NCBI RefSeq assembly: GCF_006345805.1
Contig: NC_043007.1
Span: 32,736,001-32,800,000, forward strand
Direction: 5' to 3'
Origin: Octopus sinensis
Taxonomy: Eukaryota
Length of the DNA: 64,000 nucleotides
Part shown: one piece after another, positions 54,216 through 64,000 of the stretch
Layout of the letters: the number at the start of each line of letters is the position of its first letter
How positions within the stretch are numbered: position 1 is the stretch's first letter
Program-made: the position numbers and the translations under genes
The notes under the pieces: model-generated
Databases searched by the model: none
The model's input: only the letters and a program-made list of their open reading frames with translations
Told to the model about the DNA's origin: nothing

Positions 54216-54398
54216 CTGTGGAAGTAAAATGAAGAAGTTACTTAAAAAGAAATGGTAGAGAAAAAAATGAAACAATACACTAATCCCTCTCAGCTATCAT
54301 TAGACTCAGTACTCTCATCACCTTGTTGTTTTATCATCACCAACCTCCCCTTTTCTATTAATATTTGTTCCTTACCACCACCACCAATAACAATACTA

Positions 54399-55262
54399 CT
54401 CAAGTATGGCCACAATACATTCCACTCAAATATGGTCACACTCCACTCAAACATCATCGCATTTCAATCAAATACAATCACACTTCATTCAAATATCATT
54501 ACATTTTACTCAAATATGGTCACACTCCACTCAAATATCATCACATTTCACTCAAATATGGTCACACTCCACTCAAACATCATCACATTTCAATCAAATA
54601 CAATCACACTTCATTCAAATATCATTACATTTTACTCAAATATGGTCACACTCCACACAAATATCATCACATTTCACTCAAATTTGGTCACACTCCACTC
54701 AAACATCATCACATTTCAATCAAATACAATCACACTTCATTCAAATATCATTACATTTTACTCAAATATGGTCACACTCCACTCAAATATCATCACATTT
54801 CACTCAAATATGGTCACACTCCACTCAAACATCATCACATTTCAATCAAATACAATCACACTTCATTCAAATATCATTACATTTTACTCAAATATGGTCA
54901 CACTCCACTCAAATATCATCACATTTCACTCAAATATGGTCACACTCCACTCAAACATCATCACATTTCAATCAAATACAATCACACTTCATTCAAATAT
55001 CATTACATTTTACTCAAATATGGTCACACTCCACTCAAACATCATCACATTTCAATCAAATACAATCACACTTCATTCAAATATCATTACATTTCACTCA
55101 AATATGGTCACACTCCACTCAAACATCATCACATTTCAATCAAATACAATCACACTTCATTCAAATATCATTACATTTTACTCAAATATGGTCACACTCC
55201 ACTCAAATATCATCACATTTCACTCAAATATGGTCACACTCCACTCAAACATCATCACACTC
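54399..55262. repeat. 21-bp minisatellite with 126-bp higher-order repeat, in ZIP9 intron 3
   Basis: Variant units such as CTCAAATATGGTCACACTCCA, CTCAAACATCATCACATTTCA, ATCAAATACAATCACACTTCA, TTCAAATATCATTACATTTTA; about 40 units. Confidence 0.95.
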
Positions 55263-55321
55263 ACCTCACCATCACTGAACAACAGCCATACCTGTTGCTT
55301 CCCCAAATGCTAATCGCTTAC

Positions 55322-55552
55322 CTGCGGCAGAGTGAGCATGAGAGCCGCCAAACAGTTGGTCAATAAGCAACATTGTGATGAAGCCGGCAACCAGTGCCAC
55401 TCCTATCAAACTGTGGACATTCTCATGGTTTTCTGTGCCGCCAGAGTCGGTGTGTGTGTTGTGTGAGTGTTCATCATGTATTGAAGAATGTGCAATGGCA
55501 GCTTTTGCAACGACCTCTTTCACGTCCATTTTCTCTATGCTGTGACTATGTA
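55322..55552 (-). CDS. SLC39A9: ZIP9 coding exon 3 (231 nt), His-rich loop plus TM3: VHSHSIEKMDVKEVVAKAAIAHSSIHDEHSHNTHTDSGGTENHENVHSLIGVALVAGFITMLLIDQLFGGSHAHSAA
   Basis: IGVALVAGFITMLLIDQ matches ZIP9 IGVSLVLGFVFMLLVDQ; acceptor CTTCCTTTGCAG, donor GTAAGC; phase 1 to 1. Confidence 0.93.
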
Positions 55553-55669
55553 CTGCAAAGGAAGAAGAAGAAGAAAATGGAAGCCAAAGACAAATAGAAT
55601 ATTCACAATAATGACAATATTAACAATTTATTATTTTATTTATTTATGCGCCCTTTTCAAGCCTAGCTA

Positions 55670-55950
55670 GGCTCATGAGCCCAGTTTCCCGATTTCTATG
55701 GAGTATGTGTTCCCCCCCAGCTGGACGGGATGCCAGTCCATCGCAGCTTTACTCAAGAAACAGGAAGAAAGAGTGAGAGAAAGTTGGGGCAAAAGAGTAC
55801 AACAGGGGTTGCTATCACCCCCTGCCGGAGACTCGTGGAACTTTAGGTGTTTTCGCTCAATAAACATACACAACGCCCAATCTGGGAATCGAAACCGCGA
55901 TCCTCCGACCGTGAGTCCGCTGCCCTAACCACTGGGCCATTGCGCCTCCA
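55670..55950 (-). mobile_element. SINE family C copy with a different 3' part, sense within ZIP9 intron 2
   Basis: Head nearly identical to 4510-4646. Confidence 0.8.
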
Positions 55951-56214
55951 CATATTAACAATTATTAGGAATATTAATCTTCATGTTCCAAGAAGAAAAT
56001 TAATTTTTCCGATATATATATATATATTCATCATCACCGTCGATATTGTGTGTATCTCAGGTTTTAGAATCCATGCCTTATTCCTGCAAGTTTAAAGAGG
56101 TTACCTGAAAGGAATGATATCAGGAACATCATTGGACAATAAAAAAACTATTGCAAAAAATCCTGTCCAACCCATGCCAGCATGGAAAAGAGGACATAAA
56201 ATACAATGATGATG

Positions 56215-56610
56215 GTGGTGGCATGTAAAAAGCACCATTCAAGCATGGTTGATGCCAGTGCCACTTGACTGGCTCCCGTGCCAGCGGCATGTAAAAAGCA
56301 CCATTCAAGCATGGTTGATGACAGTGCCGCTCAACCGGCTCCCGTGCAGGTGGCATGTAAAAAGCACCATTCAAGCATGGTTGATGTGAGTGTCGCCTGA
56401 CTGGCTCCCGTGCTGGTGGCATGTAAAAAGCAACCACTACACTCATGGAGTGGTTGGCGTTAGGAAAGGCATCCAGCTGTAGAAACATTGCCAGATCAGA
56501 TTGGAGCATGGTACAGCCTCCTGGCTTGCCAGTCTTCAGTCAAACCATCCAACCCATGCCAGCATGGAAAGCGGACATTAAACAACAACAACGATGATGA
56601 TGATGATGAT
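56215..56610 (+). mobile_element. Family D copy with four tandem ~60-bp internal units
   Basis: CATGTAAAAAGCACCATTCAAGCATGGTTGATG repeated at ~56222, 56288, 56354 and partially 56417. Confidence 0.8.
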
Positions 56611-57884
56611 AATATATGCAATCACTAACGAACTGTGTGCTACATTCATCTATGAATAATTTCTGAGATGAGGAAGATGATGACGATGATGATGATAATG
56701 ACAAAACTACCTCCTTTTCCTTTGCAGATATAATAGAATTTGTAGTCCAGGTGACATATCAAGCTTTCCCACTCCAACAAGAATCTAAACAGGTGTTAAA
56801 CTGTCAGTTTTTCGAGGAGAGTCAAGAGACAACCAAGAACAAACTTCCCAGTCGTGTCACTTGCACCCACAGGTTTTCATTAATTGAAACGTTTTATTAT
56901 CCAGATCTTCCAAGAAACACCTTTTGTTAGTTTAAGCAAACACTTAATCAACAAACAAGTGTTTGGCCAGTGTGTTGTTGCTTCGGCCAGAAGCACTTTT
57001 TTGTTGCAGCATGTCTTTGAGGAACGGTGTCCATTGTACAAGCTGCAACTGCAATGTCTACTTCTCTTGACTTGTCAGTTTGAATGGCTGCCTGTTGATC
57101 TTTTTCAATCCAGTTTGATTTGCTGTTTCAATTGTTTGCACTGCACAACGTGTAATGTTAATCTTTTACTTGTTTCAATCATTGGACAGCAGCCATTCTG
57201 GAGCACCACCTCGAAGGGGAGTTTATTGAACAAATCAACCCTGGCACTCACTCTAACAGTCATAAATAAACATGGACGCACAGACACACACACACAGCAT
57301 CATCATCATCATTATTGTTTAACATCCAACCCATGCTGGTTTATTACTTTACGTATCAGGGTTTAGGTCATCAGTTATTTCTGTTTGGTTAATTCTAATT
57401 CATTTAACACTCACTGCTAACGTTATTTTGTTTCCCCTTCTCTCTCCAGAAGTCCACTTCGCTGCCGACCAACTCCCTAGCTAGCCTGCATCAAAGTTCC
57501 TGTCTACAGTTCGTCTGTCATGAATCCTGCCCTATACAGCTCCCCCATCCTAGAACTGCTGACTCTCATGGGAACCAGGAAGGCGTTTTAATTATCCTGC
57601 CCATGTATGTGGTTACTCAGTTCTTTGGTGATTGTTCCTTGTCAAGGGTTGGTGTGATCTGCCCAGAGTGGCCAATGTTTGGTGGTTGGGTTACCTGAAC
57701 AGGGCTGTCAATATCAAGATGGGCCGGTTTCAACATATCGGTGGAGATTGTGTCTTGTCTTCCACCATGTTTGTTTCGATAGTGAGAGCTGTTGTTTTAT
57801 CGTCGGGGTCACCAGTTATAGCTTTGTTAAGCTATACACAAACAAACTAGTGGAGTTGAGAATACATTTATCAAAGGTAGCCTC

Positions 57885-58095
57885 CCCTGGCACCTGTGCC
57901 GGTGGCACGTAAAAAGCACCCACTACACTCACGGAGTGGTTGGTGTTACGAAGGGCATCCAGCTGTAGAAACACTGCCAGATCAGACTGGAGCCTGGTGC
58001 AGCCTCCTGGCTTCCCAGACCCCAGTCGAACCGTCCAACCCATGCTAGCATGGAAAATGAATGTTAAATGATGATGATGATGATGATGATGATCA
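57885..58095 (+). mobile_element. Repeat family D (RTE-like 3' tail, (GAT)n end); other copies 43125-43330(+), 44375-44690(-), 45075-45375(+), 48765-49045(-), 50575-50672(-), 60200-60495(+)
   Basis: GGAGTGGTTGG.GTTA.GAAGGGCATCCAGCTGTAGAAAC ... CCAACCCATGC.AGCATGGAAA..G..GTTAAA(TGA)n. Confidence 0.8.
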
Positions 58096-58918
58096 TACAT
58101 CAGGGCTTAAGTTGTCAGTTCGTCCTGTCTACAATTGTCTGTCATGAATCCCACTTCGGGGGAACTGGAACTCAGAAAGTAAAGACGGACAAAATGCTGC
58201 TATGAAGCATTTGTCCAGGGACGCTACCAACTCTGCCAGCTTGCTGTCTTTATCTCACCTAATTTATTCCAGCTTATATTATAATAAACGAGCTTAAATA
58301 ATAATTTAAGTCTATCAGTTCAGACATTTGTCTGATTGAGATAGAGATACGCTGACTAATGAAGGATACTGACAAAGTGATCTGGTCAAAAGCTACAATT
58401 AAACTGTCATTTTACCTTTCCATTTGTACTTTTAGCTAATTTTTTCTTCTTGAATTAATTAAACACCTCCTGCCATATCACCTGTATATTTATACATAGG
58501 GGAATCGATCTAGTCTGTATCTGTGTTTGTTCACAAAGGTTATGACAAAATAACCATGGGGTCTCTCATTATATAATCAATACGACAATATCATTGCTCT
58601 CCTCCAGGTTTTCCCACTTGTCATGTGATCTGTCATCCACATGTTGCAGAAACAGCTGTGAATGGTCCAAGAAATGCAATACCAATGGATCTACTTTTTT
58701 ACTTGTTCTCTGCCTGTTGATAGCTGACATAAATCCACTGATGATGCAGATTAGGTGTTTGGTGGTCCCAAGACAGTTGAAATATTTTTAAAAAAGCCAT
58801 AATTGTAAACTGGTACTCCGTTGGTTATGAGGACGATAGTTCCAGTTGATTCGATGAGCAGAACTGCCACCTTGTGGAATTAATGTGCAAGTGGGTGAGT
58901 GCTCCACAGACATGTGTA

Positions 58919-59140
58919 CCCTTTCGTTATGGTATTTCTGTTAAGATGATCTGTGTTTCCTTCAATTGATTTTAAATATAATCAAGAATTTAGTAAAATA
59001 ATTTAGTTATCATTAAGTTAATGTTAGGAACATAAATTGTGACTAAGATTTGGTGGAAGATTTTAATTCAAAACTTAAGTAAACAAGACATTTATACTAC
59101 AGAGCCAGAGGCGGTTTCAGCTGGGTTGGTATCAAAAGGG
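58919..59140. mobile_element. piggyBac-type MITE (fuller copy) nested in a SINE
   Basis: CCCTTTCGTTA ... ATCAAAAGGG-TTAA; flanks rejoin into the family-C SINE sequence seen at 4364-4446. Confidence 0.75.
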
Positions 59141-59382
59141 TTAATATAGTTCTAAGGGAGATTCAGTGTGACACAGAATAGGACAAGGCTGACCCTTTGA
59201 AAATACAGTTACAACACATTTTTGCCAGCTGGGTGGACTGGAGTAACGTGAAATAGTGTCTTGATCTAGGACACAATGCATCTCTGAGAATTGAACTTAT
59301 GATCATACGGTCGTGAGCTGAACACCCCTAACCACTAAGCCATGTGCCTTCACTCTGAGACAATTAATTAATACCACCTTAA

Positions 59383-59620
59383 CCCTTTAGCATTCAGATT
59401 ACTCTGTCAAATGTAAAGCTCATTTATTAAAATTGTCTTGAATTAATCATGAATTATCTTTTAGCTTCAAGATTTCAATGATGTGATTATCTATTTTTAG
59501 AATGACATTGTAGGGTAGGTGTGAGAGGCTGGATCTGGCCAGTTTGAACAAAAAAAAAACAACAAAAAAAAAACATGTAGAATGTTTGGGCCTGGAATGG
59601 CTGGTTTCAATACTAAAGGG
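59383..59620. mobile_element. piggyBac-type MITE, different family
   Basis: TTAA-CCCTTTAGCATT ... AATACTAAAGGG-TTAA. Confidence 0.75.
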
Positions 59621-59692
59621 TTAAAGAATATGTGCAAAATAAGGCTTCTTGTAAAAAAGAAAAAAACAGAAAGACAGAGAGAATCAACGTAC

Positions 59693-59804
59693 CATGGTTG
59701 TGATGATGCGAATACATAACATGTACGCCTTCAGGAATAATTACTGCCAAGGCTGTTCCTATTAAGAGTCCCGTCCCAAGAACAGGAACTATTTTCACTT
59801 TTGT
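59693..59804 (-). CDS. SLC39A9: Zinc transporter ZIP9, coding exon 2 (112 nt): [37 protein letters not shown]
   Basis: Aligns by eye to human ZIP9 [31 protein letters not shown]; acceptor TTTTCCAG at 59806-59805, donor GTACGT from 59692; phase 0 to 1. Confidence 0.93.
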
Positions 59805-60011
59805 CTGGAAAATGGAAATGAAATGGAATTAAAAAACAAAAAAAAAAAAATTGACATTAGAAGCATTAATCTGAAGCAGAAAAGACAAACGACTCAATGA
59901 ATCAAATTATGAATGAATGAATACAGTTCTCTATTTAAGAGATGAGGAATTAGGCACATTATTTACATTATTTACATTTGACAGATATTTGTCCTCATCT
60001 TGTTTGTTGTT

Positions 60012-60058
60012 AATACAACGTTTCGGCTGATATACTCTCCAGCCTTCATCAGGTGTCT
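60012..60058 (-). ncRNA. Minimal type I hammerhead ribozyme motif within a ~190-bp Penelope pLTR-like repeat (about 59917-60107)
   Basis: RNA ACAC-CUGAUGA-A-GGCUG-(10 nt)-CAGCC-GAAA-CGUU-GUAU: intact core boxes, 5-bp stem II, palindromic stem III. Confidence 0.75.
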
Positions 60059-60580
60059 TGGGGAAATTTCGAACCTGGGTTCGCATTCCTGAGGTATTTT
60101 TCGATATTACAACAACAACAACAGCAACAACACCCCACCACCACCACCACTACCACCACCAACAACAACAACAACATTCAAAAGTACCTTGGATCGTGGG
60201 GCAACACGCTGTTTTTGAGGAGACTTATTGAGTCAAGTACATCAACATCAAAATGAAAATCAAATGGAAATTGTAGTTGTGACCCCTGTGCCAGTGGCAC
60301 ATAAAAAGCACCAACTGACTGTGGCCGTTGCAAGCCTCCCCTGGCCCCTGTGCTTGGGGCACGTAATAAGCACCCACTACACTCATGGCGTGGTTGGCAT
60401 TAGGAAGGGCATCCAGCTGTAGGAACACTGCCAGATCAAACTGGTGCCTGGTGCAGCCTCCTGGCTTCCCAGACCCCCAGTTGAACTGTCCAACAAGGGC
60501 GAGTGTGTAGAAAGAAACTGTGGTAGTCTGCTGTACCTCTGCCTGTCTCTATCTATCTACCTACCTATCTAACCATCTGT

Positions 60581-60614
<34 letters not shown>

Positions 60615-61639
60615 CTAACCATCTGTCTATCTCTCTCTTTCTATCTGTCTGTCTGTCTGTCTATCTAACTGCTTACCTCTCTGTCTATGTATGTATCTAT
60701 CTATCTCTTTCTATCTATGTGCATTTGTGTTTTTCTATCTGTGTTTGACTCTCCATTGCTTGGCATCTGGTGTTGGTTTATTTATGTCCCTGTATCCCTA
60801 TAACATAGCAATTCTGGAAGAGACACCAACAGAATAATTACCAAGCATTAAAAAAAAAAAAAACTAGAATCGATTTGTCCGACTAAACCCTTCGAGGCAG
60901 TGCCCCAGCTTGGCCGCAGTTCAATATAACTGACACGAGTAAAAGACATAAAATACCCAGATGTAGAGGAACCATCTGTCTTTTCTTTCCATTGCAAGAA
61001 AAAGTAAAAAGAAAAATAAATAAATAAAAACCCACCAAAAAGACATTTGTCTTACCTGGCAATTTAAATTAGACTTACATGAGAAGTTATTTGCTAAGCA
61101 TGTCTTCATTATAAAATAATAACAACGATGATGATGATGATGATGATAATAACATCCAGAAAGGAAAAAATCTATATATTTACCAACCAGTGAGGTAGAA
61201 GTTCATGCATTTCAATCATTAAAATACCTGTTTGGACAGGGATTAGAAGGTCACACAGAATACACAAGTTCTTAATCTTTAGGACATACTTCAGTTTTAG
61301 AGAAACAGGTGAGTGTATTTGTAATTGAGTCGTGTTTGGCAACAGGTGTCATCAGACCTGCTTATGTATAATCAAAAGGGTTTCAGTGTTGACTGGGCTA
61401 TATCACTGCATGAGGGGAATAATTCTATTTCTTGCCACAGTTCTGACTGTTAATGGTGGTGGAGGGGGGGGTGTTATTTGAGGGGTATTTTACAGTTGGA
61501 TGCTCTTCCTGTCATCAACCTGTCATTGTTTTCCAATTAAGGGTTTTTATTTTTTTATTGGTCATAATGTCAACATCTTTGTCGTCTCACTGAAGCAGAA
61601 GCAAGCATGGAAATTGAGATTCACATACATAAATGCACA

Positions 61640-62035
61640 TGTACACACACACACACAGAGGCTTCCCGACCACATAGTCTCGGGATCAATCCCACTAAGT
61701 GGCACTTTGGCAAGTGTCTTCCACTAACACCCCAGACTTTACCAAGGTCTTGTGAGCAGATCTGGTAACTGGAAACTGAAAGAAGCCTGTTGTGCACACA
61801 CACACACTCATTCATACATGCATACACACACACACACAGACACACACACACACACACACACACACAGAGGCTTCCTGACCACATAGTCTCAGGATCAATC
61901 CCACTAAGTGGCACTTTGGCACCCCAGACCTTACCCCACTAACACCCCAGACCATACCAAGGTCTTGTGAGCAGATCTGGTAGCTGGAAACTGAAAGAAG
62001 CCTGTTGTGCACATGCACACACTCATTCATCCATG

Positions 62036-62070
<35 letters not shown>
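61640..62070 (+). repeat. Tandem duplication (~190-230 bp) of a decayed family A SINE segment
   Basis: CACAGAGGCTTCC.GACCACATAGTCTC.GGATCAATCCCACTAAGTGGCACTTTGGCA occurs twice. Confidence 0.88.
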
Positions 62071-62120
<50 letters not shown>

Positions 62121-62714
62121 TCATTGGGCTTTCTCAGTTTTCTTCTACGAAATTGAACCACAAGGCATTGGTCAATCCAGGGCTGTAGTGGAAGACACTT
62201 GCCCGAGGGGTGCCATGCACAGTGCGACTGCTGATAGAAATAAGTGAAAAAAGAAAGAGAAAATGAAATAAATAAAAATAGCAAAACAGCTTGTAATTCA
62301 TGATTGATAAGTTGGTGGGAACAGCCTGATCTATTTTCACTTAAATAAAGGTAACAGGCTTGGATATACAAAAAAAAAAAAAAAAATAATAATAATAATA
62401 ATAGATAAAACAGCACTTGATTCTCAAGTCATGGCTTTATCAATAACAAATCAACATGATGTTCCCCGTATTCATACTGCACACACACATACATATACGC
62501 AGAGCAGCTTTCCATGCCGTTTTTGCTTATATAGCAGAATACAAGCTCTAAATCTTCAACACGTATACATACAAACATGACTATCATACAAAACACACAC
62601 ACACACACACATACACACACACATACACACACGGTTCAAGGTTGTTCTAAATACATCATGGGAACTGATGATAGCTACAACTGTTATTCAGGCATTTTCT
62701 CACAATCATTCACA

Positions 62715-62754
<40 letters not shown>

Positions 62755-63604
62755 ATTCACACACACACACACAACTGGAGTCAAGTGCTCAAAATAATAA
62801 TCAAACTGAGAGCTGCATAATAAACATCAGAGGACCACATCTGAACAAGACCTAACTGTTATGGTCAACTAAACTATCCAGAGGGTGTCCCTCAGTATCA
62901 AAGGTGACGAACTGAGCAGTTGTTCAGTTCTAATAAACACTAGATTACAATACCCATTTTAAGTTTCTGTCCATCAGATCTTCTACCCTTCTCTCCCACC
63001 CTTCCCTATTCATCTCCTCTCCCCTTCACCGTTCCCTCTCTCTTACTCCTCCTCCTCCTCCTCGGCTCTCTCATCACTGACATGTGATCAGAGGGAAGCC
63101 ATCTTTCCAACTGCTATCTTCACCAAGACCAGACCAGCTTATCCTGTCTCTCTCATAAGCTGTCTCCTTAAACGTTCAGAATAATTCTTCCATCATCTTG
63201 GCTTAACCACCCTCATCATTTGTTTTTACTGTTATTCTCTTTGTTCTGTCTTTTACTGTTTCTACCGTCTTGTTTTGTTCTTATTACCATTTTTACCCCT
63301 TCGCAAAAAATCCCTAATTTTATTTAATTTGCTTTGCGGGAAGGACTGTTTCAACGAAGTCGCGTCTTGTCCTTACCATTGAAACGCGGGGTAGCTGAAA
63401 CAGGGGCAACTGAAGAAGGGGAATATTCCTTGTGTTGTATGTCTTGTACTCTGTTTTTTTCGCTGTTTGAAAAAAAGTTCGTTTCCATGTGTTTGTTTTT
63501 ATGATTTTGTTTCTCATTGTGTTCAACGTTTTTTTTTTGATGTCCTGTACCCATATATGCCTGTATATATACATATATAGGTAGGTATGTACATATAAGT
63601 ATGA

Positions 63605-63975
63605 GGCGCAGGAGTGGCTGTGTGGTAAGTAGCTTGCTAACCAACCACATGGTTCCGGGTTCAGTCCCACTGCGTGGCATCTTGGGCAAGTGTCTTCTGC
63701 TATAGCCCCGGGCCGACCAATGCCTTGTGAGTGGATTTGGTAGATGGAAACTGAAAGAAGCCTGTCGTATATATGTATATATATATGTGTGTGTGCGTAT
63801 GTGTTTGTGTGCCTGTGTTTGTCCTCCTAGCATTGCTTGACAACCGATGCTGGTGTGTTTACGTCCCCGTCACTTAGTGGTTCGGTAAAAGAGACCGATA
63901 GAATAAGTACTAAAGGCGGTGCTCCAGCATGGCTGCAGTCTAATGACTGAAACAAGTAAAAGAGTAAAGAGAGTA
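63605..63975 (+). mobile_element. SINE family A, near full length
   Basis: GGCGCAGGAGTGGCTGTGTGG head through GTAAAAGAGTAAAGAG tail. Confidence 0.88.
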
Positions 63976-64000
63976 ATATATATGCATATATTTATATATT

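Noticed and set aside
54252-55366. Three overlapping 290-353 aa repeat ORFs as a real repeat-protein gene
   Set aside because: All three frames are open only because the 21-bp units lack stops; the region is antisense within a ZIP9 intron. Kept only as a repeat finding.
60921-63300. Search for ZIP9 coding exon 1; GT donors at ~61056 and ~61078
   Set aside because: No frame resembling the ZIP9 N-terminus (…GxIPL…SE) was found; exon 1 is probably outside the window.
63340-63440. CTGAAGA and GAAACGCG motifs suggesting a hammerhead
   Set aside because: Boxes are in the wrong order or lack closing stems.

Overview
AT-rich, repeat-saturated eukaryotic genomic DNA. The SINE families, microsatellite load and C2H2 zinc-finger remnant point to a cephalopod, most likely Octopus (inference). 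One protein-coding gene is well supported: a ZIP9/SLC39A9 zinc transporter on the minus strand. Six coding exons were reconstructed by hand (59804-59693, 55552-55322, 54215-54138, 52794-52709, 50244-50110, 47862-47620), all with GT-AG sites and a continuous frame; the first coding exon was not found and probably lies beyond 64000. Almost all ORFs in the supplied track are microsatellite artefacts. The rest of the window is four SINE-like families, mariner and piggyBac-type non-autonomous elements, Helitron ends, R4/Dong, RTE and Penelope-like fragments, a decayed C2H2 zinc-finger array, long microsatellites and a 100-N gap. The most interesting unexplained structures are: (1) head-to-tail SINE multimers with the same self-complementary junction at independent loci, compatible with a circular-RNA/rolling-circle route; (2) a near-intact minimal hammerhead ribozyme in the sense strand of a ZIP9 intron; (3) several long fold-back inverted duplications; (4) a 30-bp-TIR element carrying telomeric repeats between ~145-bp direct repeats; (5) a 21-bp minisatellite with a 126-bp higher-order repeat inside ZIP9. 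Repeat boundaries are read by eye and approximate unless termini are stated.
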